From assembly GCA_964016885.1 (NCBI GenBank), contig OZ024740.1:314154001-314218000 (forward strand): a stretch of DNA of 64,000 nt. The letters are read 5' to 3'. A program made the translations under genes and the position numbers. The DNA comes from Eledone cirrhosa (lineage: Eukaryota). Below the pieces are notes generated by a model. It saw only the letters and a list, made by a program, of their open reading frames with translations. It did not search any database and had not been told where the DNA came from. This document shows positions 62,510 to 64,000 of the stretch, in pieces; the first letter of the stretch is position 1, and each line of letters opens with the position of its first letter.

Positions 62510-62852
62510 CTTTTTTTGTTTAATATAAGGAATTGTTTATTCATTATTTGTTTAATATTTTATCTTGACTCTGTATACCGTTTATCTTTCACCGAAAGTG
62601 GATTTTCATTACATCTCTTCTTTCCATGATATCCGGAATACATTGAGTTCTTCATACGGATTGGACACTACCGTAAACTCTTGGTAGATTTATCTACATA
62701 ATTTTGCTCCTATTTTCACGGAAATATTCGTATTTTTGTACTGTATGTGTGTATTAATTTTATATTTATGTATAAACATATATATATGTATGATTTTGTA
62801 AACCCATATACATTTAGTTGAGCTCTTTCAATTGTCCATCATCCATATCACA

Positions 62853-64000
62853 ATGGAAAAACAATATTTAGGAACCTCCTTAAAAAACATACCAATACCT
62901 TCTAAGGACGACTTCTTACTCCTTATGATTCAGAAAACTAATAATTTTATCAGAAGGGTTAGATGGAGAGCCTACCACTTCGATAGGAAATCTAAACAAG
63001 CAGATCGGAAATATATGTATGATTTCAATACTTACAAGAATCCACCACACAACTTTTTACTTGAAGACTTCGAGAAAGACCTTTTTAATTTAATTAAACA
63101 CCTCAAATTTAAAAAGTATAAATCCGTCTTTCAAAAGGACCTTGATTCTACCCTATTGGACCTAAAAAAGTCTAAAAAAATCCATGTCCACTCGGACAAA
63201 ACTGGTAACTTGTATCATATGGATATTGAACATTATAATGAGTTCATATATAAAGAACTCAGAAAAAATTATAAAAAATCTAATAATGTGTCACTCACCA
63301 ACATCAACAACAAAACACACAACATAGTAAAAAAACTAAACATTGAAGATAGAACTGAACCTTTGGCATTGAAAAGACCACACTTCAACCTGAAAGATCA
63401 CAAATCTAACTTTAACTCTAATCCTTCTATTAGACTTATATGTCCCTCCAAATCAGATATTGGAATAATTAGCAAAAAAATTTTAGATAGAGTCATCCCA
63501 CAAATAAGAAAACACGTTATTTTACCACTCTGGGAAAACACCTCCCAGGTAATTAACTGGTTTAAAAATATTAGGTGTAAATCTTCTGCTTCTTTCCTAC
63601 AATTTGATATAGATAATTACTATTCTTCTATATCACCTATACTCCTGAACAAAGCATTAATATTTGCTAAAAATAGATCTAATTTAACTTCGGATGACAT
63701 TAACATTATTACAAATGCTAGACTAACACTTATTGAATTTCAGAATGAATACTGGACCAGAAACACATACAGTAATCTTTTTGATATTACTATGGGTTCA
63801 AGCGATTCCGCCCAAATTACTGATCTTGTGGGCCTCTTTCTCCTTTTCAACATAAATGCCTCTTTTCCCCACCTCAAAGGTGGTTTATATCGTGATGACT
63901 GTCTTCTTCTTTCTAACAACCTTAGCCTTTCAGAAATCGAAAATAACAAAAAACATATTAGAACTTTCCTTAAAGACTATTATAATCTTAATATTACTTT
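62853..64000 (+). CDS. Penelope-like element (PLE) reverse transcriptase, N-terminal and RT core, open to the window end (Naiad/Neptune-type by inference)
   Basis: Hand translation from ATG 62853 gives about 382 codons with no stop: MEKQYLGTSLKNIPIPS...RRVRWRA...SDKTGNLY...LKDHKSNF...IRLICPSKSDIG...FLQFDIDNYYSSI...FDITMGSSDSAQITDLVG...GLYRDD (YRDD at 63888-63899). It is absent from the ORF track because it has no stop in the window. An HHR-bearing pseudo-LTR lies upstream. Confidence 0.9.
   Translation, partial: MEKQYLGTSLKNIPIPSKDDFLLLMIQKTNNFIRRVRWRAYHFDRKSKQADRKYMYDFNTYKNPPHNFLLEDFEKDLFNLIKHLKFKKYKSVFQKDLDSTLLDLKKSKKIHVHSDKTGNLYHMDIEHYNEFIYKELRKNYKKSNNVSLTNINNKTHNIVKKLNIEDRTEPLALKRPHFNLKDHKSNFNSNPSIRLICPSKSDIGIISKKILDRVIPQIRKHVILPLWENTSQVINWFKNIRCKSSASFLQFDIDNYYSSISPILLNKALIFAKNRSNLTSDDINIITNARLTLIEFQNEYWTRNTYSNLFDITMGSSDSAQITDLVGLFLLFNINASFPHLKGGLYRDDCLLLSNNLSLSEIENNKKHIRTFLKDYYNLNIT

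Larger units (their letters stand above)
59589..64000 (+). mobile_element. Young Penelope-like retroelement: inverted pseudo-LTR copy, microsatellite-rich spacer, pseudo-LTR, RT ORF
   Basis: About 602-bp essentially identical inverted repeat, 59589-60190 vs 61962-62563 (the track shows identical 64-aa ORFs on opposite strands). It starts at a (TA)n tract, has an HHR in each arm, and is followed by the RT ORF. An inverted 5' pLTR is typical of PLEs. Confidence 0.85.

Overview
Repeat-saturated, AT-rich eukaryotic non-coding DNA. The SINE families, RTE 3' ends and microsatellite load resemble cephalopod (Octopus-like) DNA; this is inference, not a database result. No host-gene exon could be supported, and nearly all ORFs in the track are microsatellite artefacts. 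Real coding remnants are all transposon-derived: a disrupted Tx1-type LINE (about 21.3-25.2 kb, minus), a decayed hAT Buster/Charlie-type transposase (41.1-42.9 kb, minus) inside a 4.6 kb composite element with an 8-bp TSD, a Helitron Rep fragment, CRE-type and RTE 3' fragments, and an uninterrupted Penelope-like reverse-transcriptase ORF (62853 to the window end) that the ORF track missed. The main signal is a swarm of type I hammerhead ribozyme (HHR) motifs (CTGANGA...GAAA-short palindrome-UH). More than ten complete or near-complete copies plus several 3' halves sit in small inverted or direct-repeat islands, most of them abutting (TA)n tracts. They look like Penelope pseudo-LTR (retrozyme-like) elements from many unrelated families, and several carry long, structured stem-II inserts. 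Coordinates were read by hand and may be off by a few bases.
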